Shown in pieces: positions 1 to 10,812 of a stretch of 64,000 nucleotides of DNA. Source of the stretch: Phaeosaccion multiseriatum (lineage: Eukaryota; Protista; Ochrophyta, other classes); contig OZ218950.1 of NCBI GenBank assembly GCA_965112735.1, positions 3,286,001 to 3,350,000 on the forward strand. The letters run 5' to 3'. A model generated the notes under the pieces. It was not told the DNA's origin. It did not search any database and saw only the letters and a program-made list of their open reading frames with translations. Both the position numbers and the translations under genes were made by a program. The first letter of the stretch is position 1, and each line of letters opens with the position of its first letter.

Positions 1-166
1 ATTAAACACAAGCACCTGCACTGAAGTCTCTGAAGTGGTCCTGCCCAGGAAGTTCGCGTCGAGGTATTGTCGAAGCACTGCATGCAGCGAAAGCATTCCA
101 TACCATGAGTCAACACAAAGAGGGTTAGGGTGTCTGGTTAGGTGTCTGTCTGTCTGTCTGTTTGCC

Positions 167-207
<41 letters not shown>

Positions 208-3200
208 GCCGGTCTGTCTTCACGAGGGACAATGAGGGAGCCACTTGAGCAAGCACTTAACTACACGCCGTGACGAGGTATCCGATGTCGTATGTGCCGC
301 CTAAGTCAATAACACCGACGTGGGCATTCACAGGGTTGCCTTTGTAAGGCAGGCAAGGAACATACCACAGCTACTCGTGCCCGAAGGCGAAGGGAGGGAG
401 GGGGGAGGGAGGGAGAGCGGGAGGGAGAGGGAGGGAGAAGTGAGTGAGCAAAGAGATGGACGGCAGGGTGAGTTAATGAGTGAGTGAGAGAGGCAGCACA
501 GACGGAAGGGCAATAGATGGATGACAGTGGACGGATGGCTTTAGGGCAGCACAGATGGAAGAAGGAAGGGGAAGAAACGAATGCCTTGCCTCGGGGTAAG
601 ATATGACGAGAAGAGAGATAGATAGATTGGTTCGCGGTGAAGGAGCGAATCTCTAAGACCACACTCACTCACTCACTCACTCACTCACTCACTCACAGAC
701 CCACCCACTCACCCATCCGCTCACTCACTCACTTACTCACCACTCATTAACTCACTCACTCACTCACTCACCTGATCATCGGGGTCGCCATAAAAGGGCG
801 GGAAGCAGAGACCGGGAAAGCTTCCGTCGTCATTCGGGCGGCTGCCCGTGATGGTGTTGGACAGGCACTGCGTGTGTGTGTGTGTGTTTGTGTGTGTATG
901 TGTGTGTGCATGCGTGTGTGTGAGAGAGAGAGAGACAGAGTGAGTCTCGAGAGTGGACAGAGTCCACAGCACGACCGCCATAACCCAATGACCTCCATAA
1001 CTCATTGGCCTCGATAATTCAACGGTCTCAGGGGCAATTACTCACTCTGCAACGGAATAACGCCCAAATAGTAACGCAACGATGCCACCCATCCACACCG
1101 ACTCATAGCGACCCACACGACCCACCTGCTCGCCGAAGTCCGAAACGTAGTCGGGAAGGTCACACACTCCCGCTTCCTGATTCCGCACGGTGATAATGCT
1201 GGACAAGAGATAGTTGTGGTTGGATAACTGTTCGAGCACACACAGAGAGAGAGAGAGGGAGAGGGGCGAACTGTTAATGGAAGGCGAGGACGGATATCTA
1301 TTCCTCCCCCTTCTCCTTGCTCTCTTGTTTGGGCCTCTTCCAGCAGCAGCATAGCCCAACTCACGCACCTCGCCCGAGCCTCGGTCAAATCCTCGGAAAA
1401 TGGATTCCCCACCAGTCACTCTCGCTGAATTGAGTGTGCGTCCGCGTTCTTCAATCATGGTAGAGCAGTTGAAGTCAGGTTCGTCGATGATCCTGCAAGT
1501 AGGGTGCACACAGTAGAGGACAGCGGAGAAGGAGGAGGAGGATGAGGAGGAGGAGGTGGTGGTGGTGGTGGTGGAGGAGGGGGAGGAGGAAAGGCGATAA
1601 GTGAATTGCAGCTCATTCCCCTCCTGAGCAAGTAAGGATACTGACAACTAAAAGGAAAGGAGAAGGAAAAGCAAGCGACTCCTCTCCTACAGTCTCACCC
1701 ACCCACCCACCCACCCACTGATCTATTGACTCACCTACACACTCACTGACTCACTCGCTCACCCACTCTCTCACTCACTCGCTCGCTCACTCACTCACTC
1801 ACTCACTCACTCACTCACTCACTCACCTGCCGTACACTTGGAAGTTGTCTGGTGTGGATGCAAAAGCTTCAACATCAAAGTCATCACAGCTTCCGTCGTA
1901 ACACACAGGCTCGTCAACACAGAGCCCATTCACCGCACTCTCGCAGGCATCGCGACCAGGGCACAAGGCGAATAGGGTCGCGTAGGCACCATCAATCTCC
2001 TCTGCGGTCATGTTACTGAGGACGGGGTTGGAGGAGAAGTCCCACAAGCCGTTATCCTCAGTGTCGGCTGTATAGTTCCAGGCCCAGCCGAGGTCGGACA
2101 AGAGGGAGGGCTCCCAATCGTCGTTCACTGAGGACGAGCTGGTGTTGCAGTACTAAGAGAAAGGGAGGGAGGGAGGCGTGGTGGGATGGTGGGATGGGTG
2201 AGGGGGGAGGCAGTGTGTGGTTGGGTTGGGTCATGCGGTGGGGGGGGGGAGGGAGGGAGGGAGGCGAGCATAGAGACAAAGACAACACAACGAGAGAGGA
2301 GAGGAGAAGAAAGAGCGGTCCCGAGCCTATGTGGCATACGCCTCTTGTCCCTTCAGACCATTCCATCAAGTGATGAGCTTCAGTACCCTCCAGGAAACCG
2401 CCTGCCTTTGGCCCCCGGCACCCTCAATACGAGGTTATGGAGTTTGGCTCACTTCTCTGCCCCCCCCCACAAGCCCCCTTCGGAGGACGGTTGTTGCTGG
2501 TGCCGCACCACTTACGTTGAGGAGAAGCTGCCTGGGTACGCCCAGCACCTCACACTCGTTGCATTTGCTAGGGGCCTGGAGGGGAGAGCAGCACCACACA
2601 CAGCGCAAGAATCCGTGGGAGTCAGACGGGAGACAGGACAGTCAGACAGACAGAGATGGATAGAGAGATCACATAGAGAGATAGACAGACATGCAGACAG
2701 GCACACAGGCACACCGACAGACACCGGACTTACCTGCGTTCCATCGTATGCTGTGTTGAGAAACTCTTCGATCCACAAGGCATAATCACCTGTGTTCTGC
2801 ACATCTGCATAGTTCTTTCCATCTGTTGTGCCAGGTGGAGCGAATTCCACGCCTCTAACAAACTCGTTGAGCGAAGCGAACATTGCGTTGGAGAATCTCG
2901 TATTCGCTCGGAGGAGCGTGGTCTCGGCGAAGGCGTACATCATGAGGAGGTAGAAGAAGAGCTTATTGAAGCCCTTCTCCATTTTATCAAGCCGCTTCAC
3001 CTCCCTCTCCACGAGGGCCACTGGGACTCGGTACAGACGACACCGCACCATGTATCCTCTAAAGGAGCGCTGGATCATCCTGGCATGCTCATCCAACTCC
3101 TCCCATGTCTTTCCCTTCGGCAGCAAGATCTATGCAAGGGGGGGGGGTGGGAAGAAAACACAGCGGTTCTTGTGTGTGAGCAAACTAATTCGACGCACAG

Positions 3201-3431
3201 GAGGGACATGTCTTTGCCTCCTCACTCTCAGTCCTCGGCGCTGCGTAGGCCCCTTCCCGCTCTAACCCCCAGCCTGCCTCCCTCTGCATGTCCTGTTCAC
3301 CTTACCTCTCCATCATGTAAGGGCTCCTTGGCCCCTGTCGCAGACTGCCCATCCCAAGTGGATTCGTCGTCCCCATACTCGCTGTTTTCATCCAGCTCTT
3401 CATCGTACATGAACCAATCGATGATGCCCAT
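1..3431 (-). CDS. Polycystin-2/TRPP-like cation channel with an N-terminal IQ motif; multi-exon, 3' end runs off the window start
   Basis: Exon 3431-3306 (MGIIDWFMYDEE..., GTAAG donor). Exon 3129-2734 has an IQ motif (IQRSFRGYMVRCRL), a TM helix (KLFFYLLMMYAFAETTLLR) and YADVQNTGDYALWIEEFL, resembling the PKD2 S1/TOP region. Further Cys-rich exons lie at ~2575-2516, ~2152-1827, ~1493-1368, ~1199-1044 and ~868-771. The pore region is not in the window, so the family call is an inference. Confidence 0.6.
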
Positions 3432-3942
3432 CTTTCGCCGTGTGTCTCGGGGAATCGGGCCCTTGGCTGCTTAAAGCTCTCCTTTGCACCAGCCGGCTCT
3501 CAGACAAGTACGACTGCTAGAGGATGGCGGTACCTCCCACGAAAGGGTTAGAAAGGCCCATGGATTTCCCTTCTTCTCAAACATACAGTTGTATTAAGGA
3601 AAAGAGAGAGATACAGTATGAGATTTGAGGAAGGTTCGATGGCAGTGGACGCGAGGGCGGCAAACTCATCATCGGCTCCAGGCGCCTGCGGCCGAAAGCA
3701 AGAAGCCAGGGGCTGGGCCTGCGGCTTCAGAAGCCAGCAGGACGATAGCGAAGCCCCCACCCCCCCCCCCCCTTTCGTTTTTTTCTTCTTCTACCAGCCT
3801 GAGAAGCCAAGAGAAGCCAGACCGTCTGGCCTGCGGCCAGAAGCCAGCGCTAGCCTGCCGCCAGAAAGGCCCGAAGCCAGGAGGAGGCTACGGCCCAGAA
3901 GCCAGGATCCAGCGAAACCTCGCCTGGAGCCGATTATCAGGG

Positions 3943-4806
3943 ATGTTGGCACTTTTGTGTATGCTGCTGTTCCTGACGACTCCCACTGGTGCCCTGCTCC
4001 TGCCCGGCACTTCCCCCTTACTGCCGACACCAGTCCTCCAGCTCATCACCCCCAATGGATGCGCGGATGCAGCGGCAGAAGCCATGGTTGCTTGTGGTGC
4101 TGGAGGGGGGCTGGTGCAGCGCATTGCGGATGCCCTCCGAAGCGGGGTGGGGCTGGTTCAGCTGCGCGACTACGACTCGGACCCAGAGAACATCTTGCAG
4201 CTGGCGAAGGACTTGCGCAGGACTGTGGGCAGCAGCGGGGAGGGCAGTGGCACTTCCCCAGCACTCTTTGTCATGAATGTGCACAACGCGCCCCTGGAAT
4301 TCGCCCTGGACGAGGCAGTAAATGTAGACGGGGTCCATCTTCCAGAGCGTAGAATAGAGGACATCCAGGTGGTCCGAAGCATGTGGCAGAAGCGCCTACA
4401 GCAGGTCGACAAGGCGGGCGACGGAGGAGACGAGGAAGGGCAGGAGGAGGGGACCAGAGGAAAGCGATTCGTGGTGGGGGTCAGCGTGCATTCCCCAGAG
4501 GCAGCGAGTGCTGCCGCTAGCCTCGGCGCCGACTATGTTCAGGTGGGCACCATGTTTCCCACCGCCTCGCACCCGGGCAAGACTCCTGAGGGTCCGGCCC
4601 TGATGTCTGCAGTCACGGATCGGCTGCGGCGGGAAGGCAACGGACACGTGCTGGTGATTGGCGTGGGGGGGATCACCGCGGGTAACTGCGCGGAGGTGCT
4701 GCGGTGCGGCGGGGGCGGGGTGGCGGCGATCAGCAGCTTGTGTGCGGAGAACGCGGGGCAGGCTGCGAGGGCTTTGATGCGGGAGATGGAGATGGGCCAC
4801 TCCTGA
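3943..4806 (+). CDS. Thiamine-phosphate synthase-fold protein (TMP-TENI; ThiE/TenI-like) with a signal/plastid-type leader
   Basis: Single-exon ORF with motifs VQLRD, DGVHLPE, VGVSVHS..A.AAA..GADYVQVG.MFPT.SHP, IGVGGITAGN and GVAAISSL. The hydrophobic leader MLALLCMLLFLTTPTGA|LLLP starts at ATG 3943. Confidence 0.85.
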   Translation: MLALLCMLLFLTTPTGALLLPGTSPLLPTPVLQLITPNGCADAAAEAMVACGAGGGLVQRIADALRSGVGLVQLRDYDSDPENILQLAKDLRRTVGSSGEGSGTSPALFVMNVHNAPLEFALDEAVNVDGVHLPERRIEDIQVVRSMWQKRLQQVDKAGDGGDEEGQEEGTRGKRFVVGVSVHSPEAASAAASLGADYVQVGTMFPTASHPGKTPEGPALMSAVTDRLRREGNGHVLVIGVGGITAGNCAEVLRCGGGGVAAISSLCAENAGQAARALMREMEMGHS

Positions 4807-5603
4807 TCCCTCCTGGTATTGGACACTAACTAGTGTCTGGCTGGATATCCTGGCTGGCCAGGGAAAGTTGCTCCGGGCGGGACTAGCGACGACCCGGATG
4901 CTACGCGACGACGTGTTCGTTTTCCACACCTACGCCCGCGACTGCAATGCGCTGCTGCGTGACCAAGAGGTCAAGCCCTTCCGTGTGTGCGGGTAGACCG
5001 TGCTCAGTCGTGCACGCTGGCGTATTTGATGATCGTTTGACTTGGCTCGGTCCTTCGATGCTGTACTCGCAGAGGCGGCTGGAGATGGGGTGGTGGCGTG
5101 CCGTGTTCTGCCCGACCTCTCGCGACCGGTGAGGCGCCTGACCTGCAACGGGACCCTGCTTCCTGCTGCCGGCAATGCTCTTCCTTCCTTCTGATGTTGC
5201 CACAGTGTGGCCAGCGTTGCTCCTCGGCCCGCGTAGCTTGAAGGGGGAGGAGACGGCGGCGCGTCTTGCGTTTCCTTTCATCATGGGAAAGAGAGAGAGA
5301 GAGAGAGAGCTGTGATCTTGAGCATCGATTGGAGCAATCGGGGGGCAGAGAGCAGAGGGCAGAGGTACGCACGTTCACCGAAGCCAGCACTGAGCAGGCC
5401 AAGGCAGACGCCATGTCAGGACAACGCTCTACCGCACAAACGCCCTACCGACCATTCATTGCCGCAGCGATACACCCCCTCTTCTGGTGGCGGCACGCTC
5501 ATACCTGAAGCACGGCTGTGAGGGCCTGCGGGAGAGCGAGCAAGAGAGGAGGGGAGGAGAGGGGCCAAGAACCGATTGGAGGATTTCTGATCCCTTTCTT
5601 GGA

Positions 5604-5641
5604 CAAGGGGTACTAATATACATATATATTAGTACCCCTTG
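5604..5641. mobile_element. 38-bp palindromic micro-element with CA..TG ends and a 7-bp TSD (P-element-like remnant)
   Basis: CAAGGGGTACTAATATA-cata-TATATTAGTACCCCTTG is flanked on both sides by TCTTGGA (5597-5603 and 5642-5648). Confidence 0.65.
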
Positions 5642-5848
5642 TCTTGGAGTTGAAGAGGGAGAAAGTGCCTAATAGTAATTTTTTTTCTTCTTTTTTCCCT
5701 TTGACCTCAATAAAGAGCAACACCATGAAAGGAAACAGGTGGAGAGACGATGGAGATCTCACAGCACGGTTCCCGGACGAGAGAGGGCTGGCGAGAGCGA
5801 GAAAGAGAGCAAGAGAGAGAGAGAGAAACAGCAGCCAACGAGAGAGAG

Positions 5849-7887
5849 ATGGGTGTCGCAAACCTTCTCCTCGGTGGACTGCTCTCTCTTCTGCTCGACG
5901 AGGTCATCGCCAGGAGCTTCCATTTCTCCAATCAATGTCTCCAGCCCTTACGTCTCGGCTACACGGGTGGGTCTGCCGGGATGGGGACCTTCTATGACCT
6001 CTCCTATGAAGGAGCGGATCTCAACGGGCAAATGCTTCAGCCGGGGGCCACAATCATCGTGGACTTCTCACAGGTGGGACAGCCTGGTCCCTTCTCTTCC
6101 CTTAGTGTAGAGGAGAGTGGCTCCAACACCTCATAGTACGCACTCACACGCACAAATAACCTTCATCTGCCTCGTTTCCACGAAGCATCCCGACTGACTC
6201 ATCATCGGCCCTGGACAAGGTTACAGTGTTCGCCGGCCATAATCAGTACTCAGGCCCGGCTGGCGCCATAATCAGTAATCAGGCCGGCTGGCGCCGGCTG
6301 TAATCAGTAATCAGATAACCTTGTCCAGGGCCGATCATCACTCATCCACGCACTCACTGACCCGCTCACTCGCCGCACCTCTTCCTCTCCTTCCTTCCTG
6401 ATCAGGCTGGACGCCCCCTCGATTGGAACGGGGACCTCTGGGCCGGCACCCAGTGCAGCGACGATGGATCCTTTTGCATGACGGGAGGCTGTGCTGCCGG
6501 AGCACCGTGCTCAATCGGAGGGCCCGCAGGCCCGACAACCCGGGCGGAGATGACGCTCACGTCCGCATTTGACTTCTACGATATTGCCATGATTGAGGGC
6601 ATTAACGTGCCGATGGAGTTCCGACCTTTCCGGGAACAGTCCGTGGATCCGAAGCCGGGCGATGCGTACTGGTGTGGAGCCCCGGGAGCGACGACCGCCG
6701 GTGCTCTCAACGCATGCTCCTGGGACTTTAACCCCCTGCTGGACGTGGGGCGATTCGCCTCCGCCCCCGCCTCTTACGCACCCGAGCTGCTCTGGGTGAG
6801 GCCCGACATGGAAAGCGGGACCTTTTCCATGTGTTCAGAGGATGCGGACTGCCAGGATGGCCAGCGCTGCGGAAGGCGACTCGTCGAGGGAAGTATCTAC
6901 TCGGAGCCGAATGTGTGTGGCCTCCCCCTGGGATGGTGGAGTGCCGTCTCTGTGTGCCCCCGCTCGGAGGGAGTCGGCGCGCCCTCCTACTACCTCAACG
7001 CCGAGAATCCGTTTCAGTGCTTCGACAAGACTGGCCAGGGGGATCCAACCACCGACAACGCTGACCTCTACGGATGCGACACCGGCTCCCCTTACGTGGA
7101 GTCAGGATATACGGGCGGGGCAACAGAAACCTGCTGTGGTTGTCCAGACTACCCGTCACTCTTCCCCGATGACCAAAGCATCGTCCAAGACATTATCTCC
7201 TCCTCAACGTGCCAGAACTCCAACCCTTACTGGCAGCAGTGGTCCTCGCCCTTTGTCAAGTTCCTCAAGCAAGGCTGCCCCACCGCCTACACGTTTGCCT
7301 ACGACGACCCCACCTCCAGCTTCGTGTGCTCCCGAATGAATGCCAATGGAGGCGTCAACGATCTGGACTACGAAGTTATCTTTTGCCCCGGCGATAGCGA
7401 CGCCTTGTGGGGAGGAGACGTCCCTTCTCCTCCTACGACGCCAGTTTCGTCTCCCCCCGTTACACCCACGTCCGTACCGGCTCCTTCATCCCCTGGGCTT
7501 CCCACCCCCCCGCCGCCAGCGGCGTCTTCTTGCATCGGCGTCGGCGCCTGCTTCGTGAACAACCAGCCCTGTGATTTTGTGCCCACGTGCGCTACCATTG
7601 GTGGGCTGGGATGTATCGCGGAGTCTCAATGCAAGTACTGTGGATTCACGATATTTGATGATTGCAGCAGCGTTGGATCTGACCCGTCGACCGGAGCCCC
7701 GGCCACCCCTTCCACTCCCGAGCCTGCAGGCTTGTCTTCTTGCATCGGCGTCGGCGCCTGCTTCGAGAACGATCAGCCGTGTGATTTTGTGCCCACGTGC
7801 GCTACCATCGGTGGGCTGGGCTGCATTGAAAAGACGGGTTGTATGTACTGTGGATTCTCCAATTTCCCTCCGTGCCAAAGCCCTTAG
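5849..7887 (+). CDS. Secreted thaumatin-like (PR-5) protein with a Pro/Ser/Thr linker and two Cys-rich C-terminal repeats
   Basis: Exons 5849-6073 and 6406-7887 (GT-AG, phase 0). Signal peptide present. Motifs WNGDLWAGTQC, CMTGGC, PTTRAEMTL, DFYDIAMIEGINVPM, KQGCPTAYTFAYDDPTSSFVC and DYEVIFCP. Confidence 0.93.
6204..6335. mobile_element. MITE in the thaumatin intron
   Basis: Perfect 20-bp inverted repeats ATCGGCCCTGGACAAGGTTA (6204-6223) and TAACCTTGTCCAGGGCCGAT (6316-6335). Flanking duplication is ATCAT or TCATCA depending on where the end is placed. Internal TAATCAGTA repeats. Confidence 0.85.
7524..7876 (+). repeat. Tandem duplicated Cys-rich coding module (period 210 nt)
   Basis: GTCTTCTTGCATCGGCGTCGGCGCCTGCTTCG occurs at 7524 and 7734, encoding SSCIGVGACF.N.QPCDFVPTCATIGGLGCI....C.YCGF..F..C twice. 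Confidence 0.9.
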
Positions 7888-8455
7888 CTCAAAACCACGG
7901 AATATGAGATAGAGGGATTGCATCGAAGGAGGCCAGCAGAGGCAGAGGATTGTATCACAGCACGGGACGCGCTCAAGGCCTCCAGCCAAGGATACCATAT
8001 TTATGAAGCTGTGCCACCGAAGGAACCGGGCGCCAAGGTGGGAATTCCATATTGTTCGCTCACTGCCAAGTAGCCTTCCTTCCTTCGTATCGTTACTTTC
8101 ATTACAAATTAAACGAACTACAGCGTGTCGATACCGCCCACAATCTTGCATGTGCGCGTGAAGGGTGGGGCAGGGGAGCATCAGGCCAAGCCCGGAGCCT
8201 CTCGTACAACAGCCTTCTCTTGGCAAAGCCTTTCTGCGCCAGCCATCCCATCATTGTGCAGTACAGACGCAGACTCTCCTCCGGGGGGGGCACGAAGGGA
8301 CCTTCCTCCTCTTACTCTTCCTCCTTCTCCTGCTGCTGCTGCTGCTTCTGCTTCTGGTCCTGCTGGGCCTGTCGCTTGCGAAGGCGTCGCTCTTTCCGCC
8401 GCCCCCAAGCACTCCAGACAGACCCTGATGGCGCACGGAGCGTGGGCGGGTCTTC

Positions 8456-8495
<40 letters not shown>

Positions 8496-8610
8496 CGTTG
8501 GTGATACTGTTGTTGTCAGTGGTGCTGCTAAATGTTGAGTGCCCCCATGGCCTGATAGTCTTGCGCTTCCCACTTGAAAAGTGCACACATCCACTGGAAG
8601 GATCTGCCTC

Positions 8611-10267
8611 TCACGGCGGGCGAAACTCGTTGAGAGTATCAGCGTAGTCCAGAAGCATCGTGAGCACCCACTCCGACAAGCCAATCACGCCACCGCACGG
8701 AGCCTCCCAGAGCACGAGCTGCTGTTGGGAGGGTGGTCGGAGCGTGCGCAGAGCCAGGCGAAGAGTCAGGCCTTTGAAAGACGAAGGCTGCCAATCGGAG
8801 CGACGATCGGCGCCGATTAGCCCAGGCCCCCCCCCCCTTCTCCTCTGCCTCTTCCTCCTCCTGCTGCCGCTGCTCCTGCCTCCGCTGCTCCTCCTCGTCT
8901 TCCAATCGTCTCTCAAGGTAGGCGATGGCCCCCTCGCCGACACGCACACCGTCAAGCAGCTCCGGTGGCAGAACGTCTGCGGGGTCCAACCTAGGAAAGT
9001 GCCAGGGAGCGTGGCTGGCGTACTGAGCCACCAGGGCGAAGAGAGCCTCGATCCTCTTGTCCTCCTCCTCCCGGCTCGTGGCCAGTACCTGAGAAGAAGT
9101 ACACCAAGCTGCTACAGCAGTGGCAGAAGCAGCAGCAGTAGTAGTAGAAGTAGCAGCGTCTCGACCGGAAGCCGCACATGCCGCCGCACCAGCCTGAGTA
9201 GCTCCATGTGCCGCCTCGGAGTCCTGTGCACCGTCCGCTCCTTCCCACCCGGAGTGATGGAAAGGAGTCAGGGACGGAGACAGGGAAATGGACGGCGAAA
9301 GGTGGAAGGAGCCTTGGGAAAGAGACGGCTCGAGTTGCTGTTGGTGCTGCTGTTGCTCCTGCTGGTGTTGGTGGTGCTGCTGCTGCTGCCAAGCGTGTGG
9401 CGTGTCCTTCGGCGTGGGCTGCGTCGCTTGATGCGACTGCGTCCCAGAAAACACAGCCTGACTTCCGGGGCACTGAGAGGGCAAGAAGGAGAAAACATGG
9501 CATTCCTCCACCTTGTCCTCGTCCTCCTTCTCACAGTCAATTGTCGAGGCCCCTCCCAACCCCACTTCTGCTGGTGCCCCTGCTGGTGCTGCTACTGCAG
9601 CTGTGGTTGGATTGTCAGTCTCTACCCCTGCCATGGCTGCTGTGGCTTTGTCCCCTACTACCACTGCTGGAGCGGCTTCGGCGGGGGTGGAGTGTATGCC
9701 TAAAGTCCCCGATGATGCCTCTGCGCCACGCCCTGCGACCTCGGCTCGTCCCCCCCTTCCAACATCTTGCATTGTCTCGTCAGAGACCTCCGTAAGCATA
9801 GCAGCAGGGGCAGGTGTCGGGGCTGCGAGCGCAGTGGAGGATAACTCGACCGGGTCTGCAATGCGCTCCTCCTGCTGCAGCTCCTTGTCGTGGCAACTCT
9901 GGTGGTATACCTGCTTCATCTGAGAAGCGACATCGGCATGATACTGGTCGACATGGTAAGCCGTCATACCCTCGAACCACAGCAGAGGACGATGGTACAA
10001 GGTCTGTCCTCTTCCATGCGCCTCGGCTTTCCTCCCCCCAATCGCCGTCTTCGCCTCTTCCTCCTCCTGCTGCTGTCCCTTTTCTTCCTCCTCCCCAACC
10101 CCCTCTTCCCGCAACTGCTGCGGCAATAACAAGAGATCCTTCCCTCCTCTTCTGCTGCTACCGCCACTACCGCTGTAGCTGCCACTACTCTCCCGCACGA
10201 CGGCCTCGATGCTTCCGAAGAGCCCCTGCCAAAACGGGTCGTAAATTGCAGCATTACTCCTCTTCAT
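8611..10267 (-). CDS. Hypothetical low-complexity protein; true C-terminus probably in the 8611 frame (homopolymer frameshift at 8827-8837)
   Basis: 542-aa ORF with globular-looking islands (YHRPLLWFEGMTAYHVDQY; IEALFALVAQYASHAPWHFPRLDP). No family recognised, and the start is uncertain. Confidence 0.55.
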
Positions 10268-10538
10268 CTCAGCTCACTCCGCGAGAATATCTACCTCCTA
10301 ATGGTGTCCGAGTGAGAGTTCCTTTTCCCCATCCTTCTCCGTCTACTGCTCCTCGTCAGTCCATCCCTGCCGGTGGCGTGGGCGGGAAAGATTCGGGAAA
10401 TCGAAAAAGCCACTTTGATCGGCCGCGCGGCTCGGAGCATCACCAGCAGCAAGACAAGTGAGAAAGCAGGTCCCAAACCAGAGCATGATCAGCAGAGGAC
10501 CAGCAGGCAGGAGATAGAATGTGTAATAGTAACAAATC

Positions 10539-10746
10539 TCACAAATCGTCGTCGTCGTCGCTTTCCCCAGGCCAGAGCGGAAACATTCGCGGCCCTCCAC
10601 CCTCGGGAAAGACGCCCGGAGCCCACTGGCAGTACGGTCGAGAGGGCGAAGCTCCTCGTAATCCCTGCCGTCGGACATGCTCGCCACCTTCGACCACTCT
10701 GCTGCTTGTGCCTCTACTTTTTCTACTGCTACTACTCCTACTACTT

Positions 10747-10812
<66 letters not shown>

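Noticed and set aside
4830-5414. Short ORFs between the ThiE-like and thaumatin genes (e.g. WLDILAGQ...FRVCG)
   Set aside because: No recognisable domain and no consistent start or splice model; possibly a decayed fragment, but unsupported.
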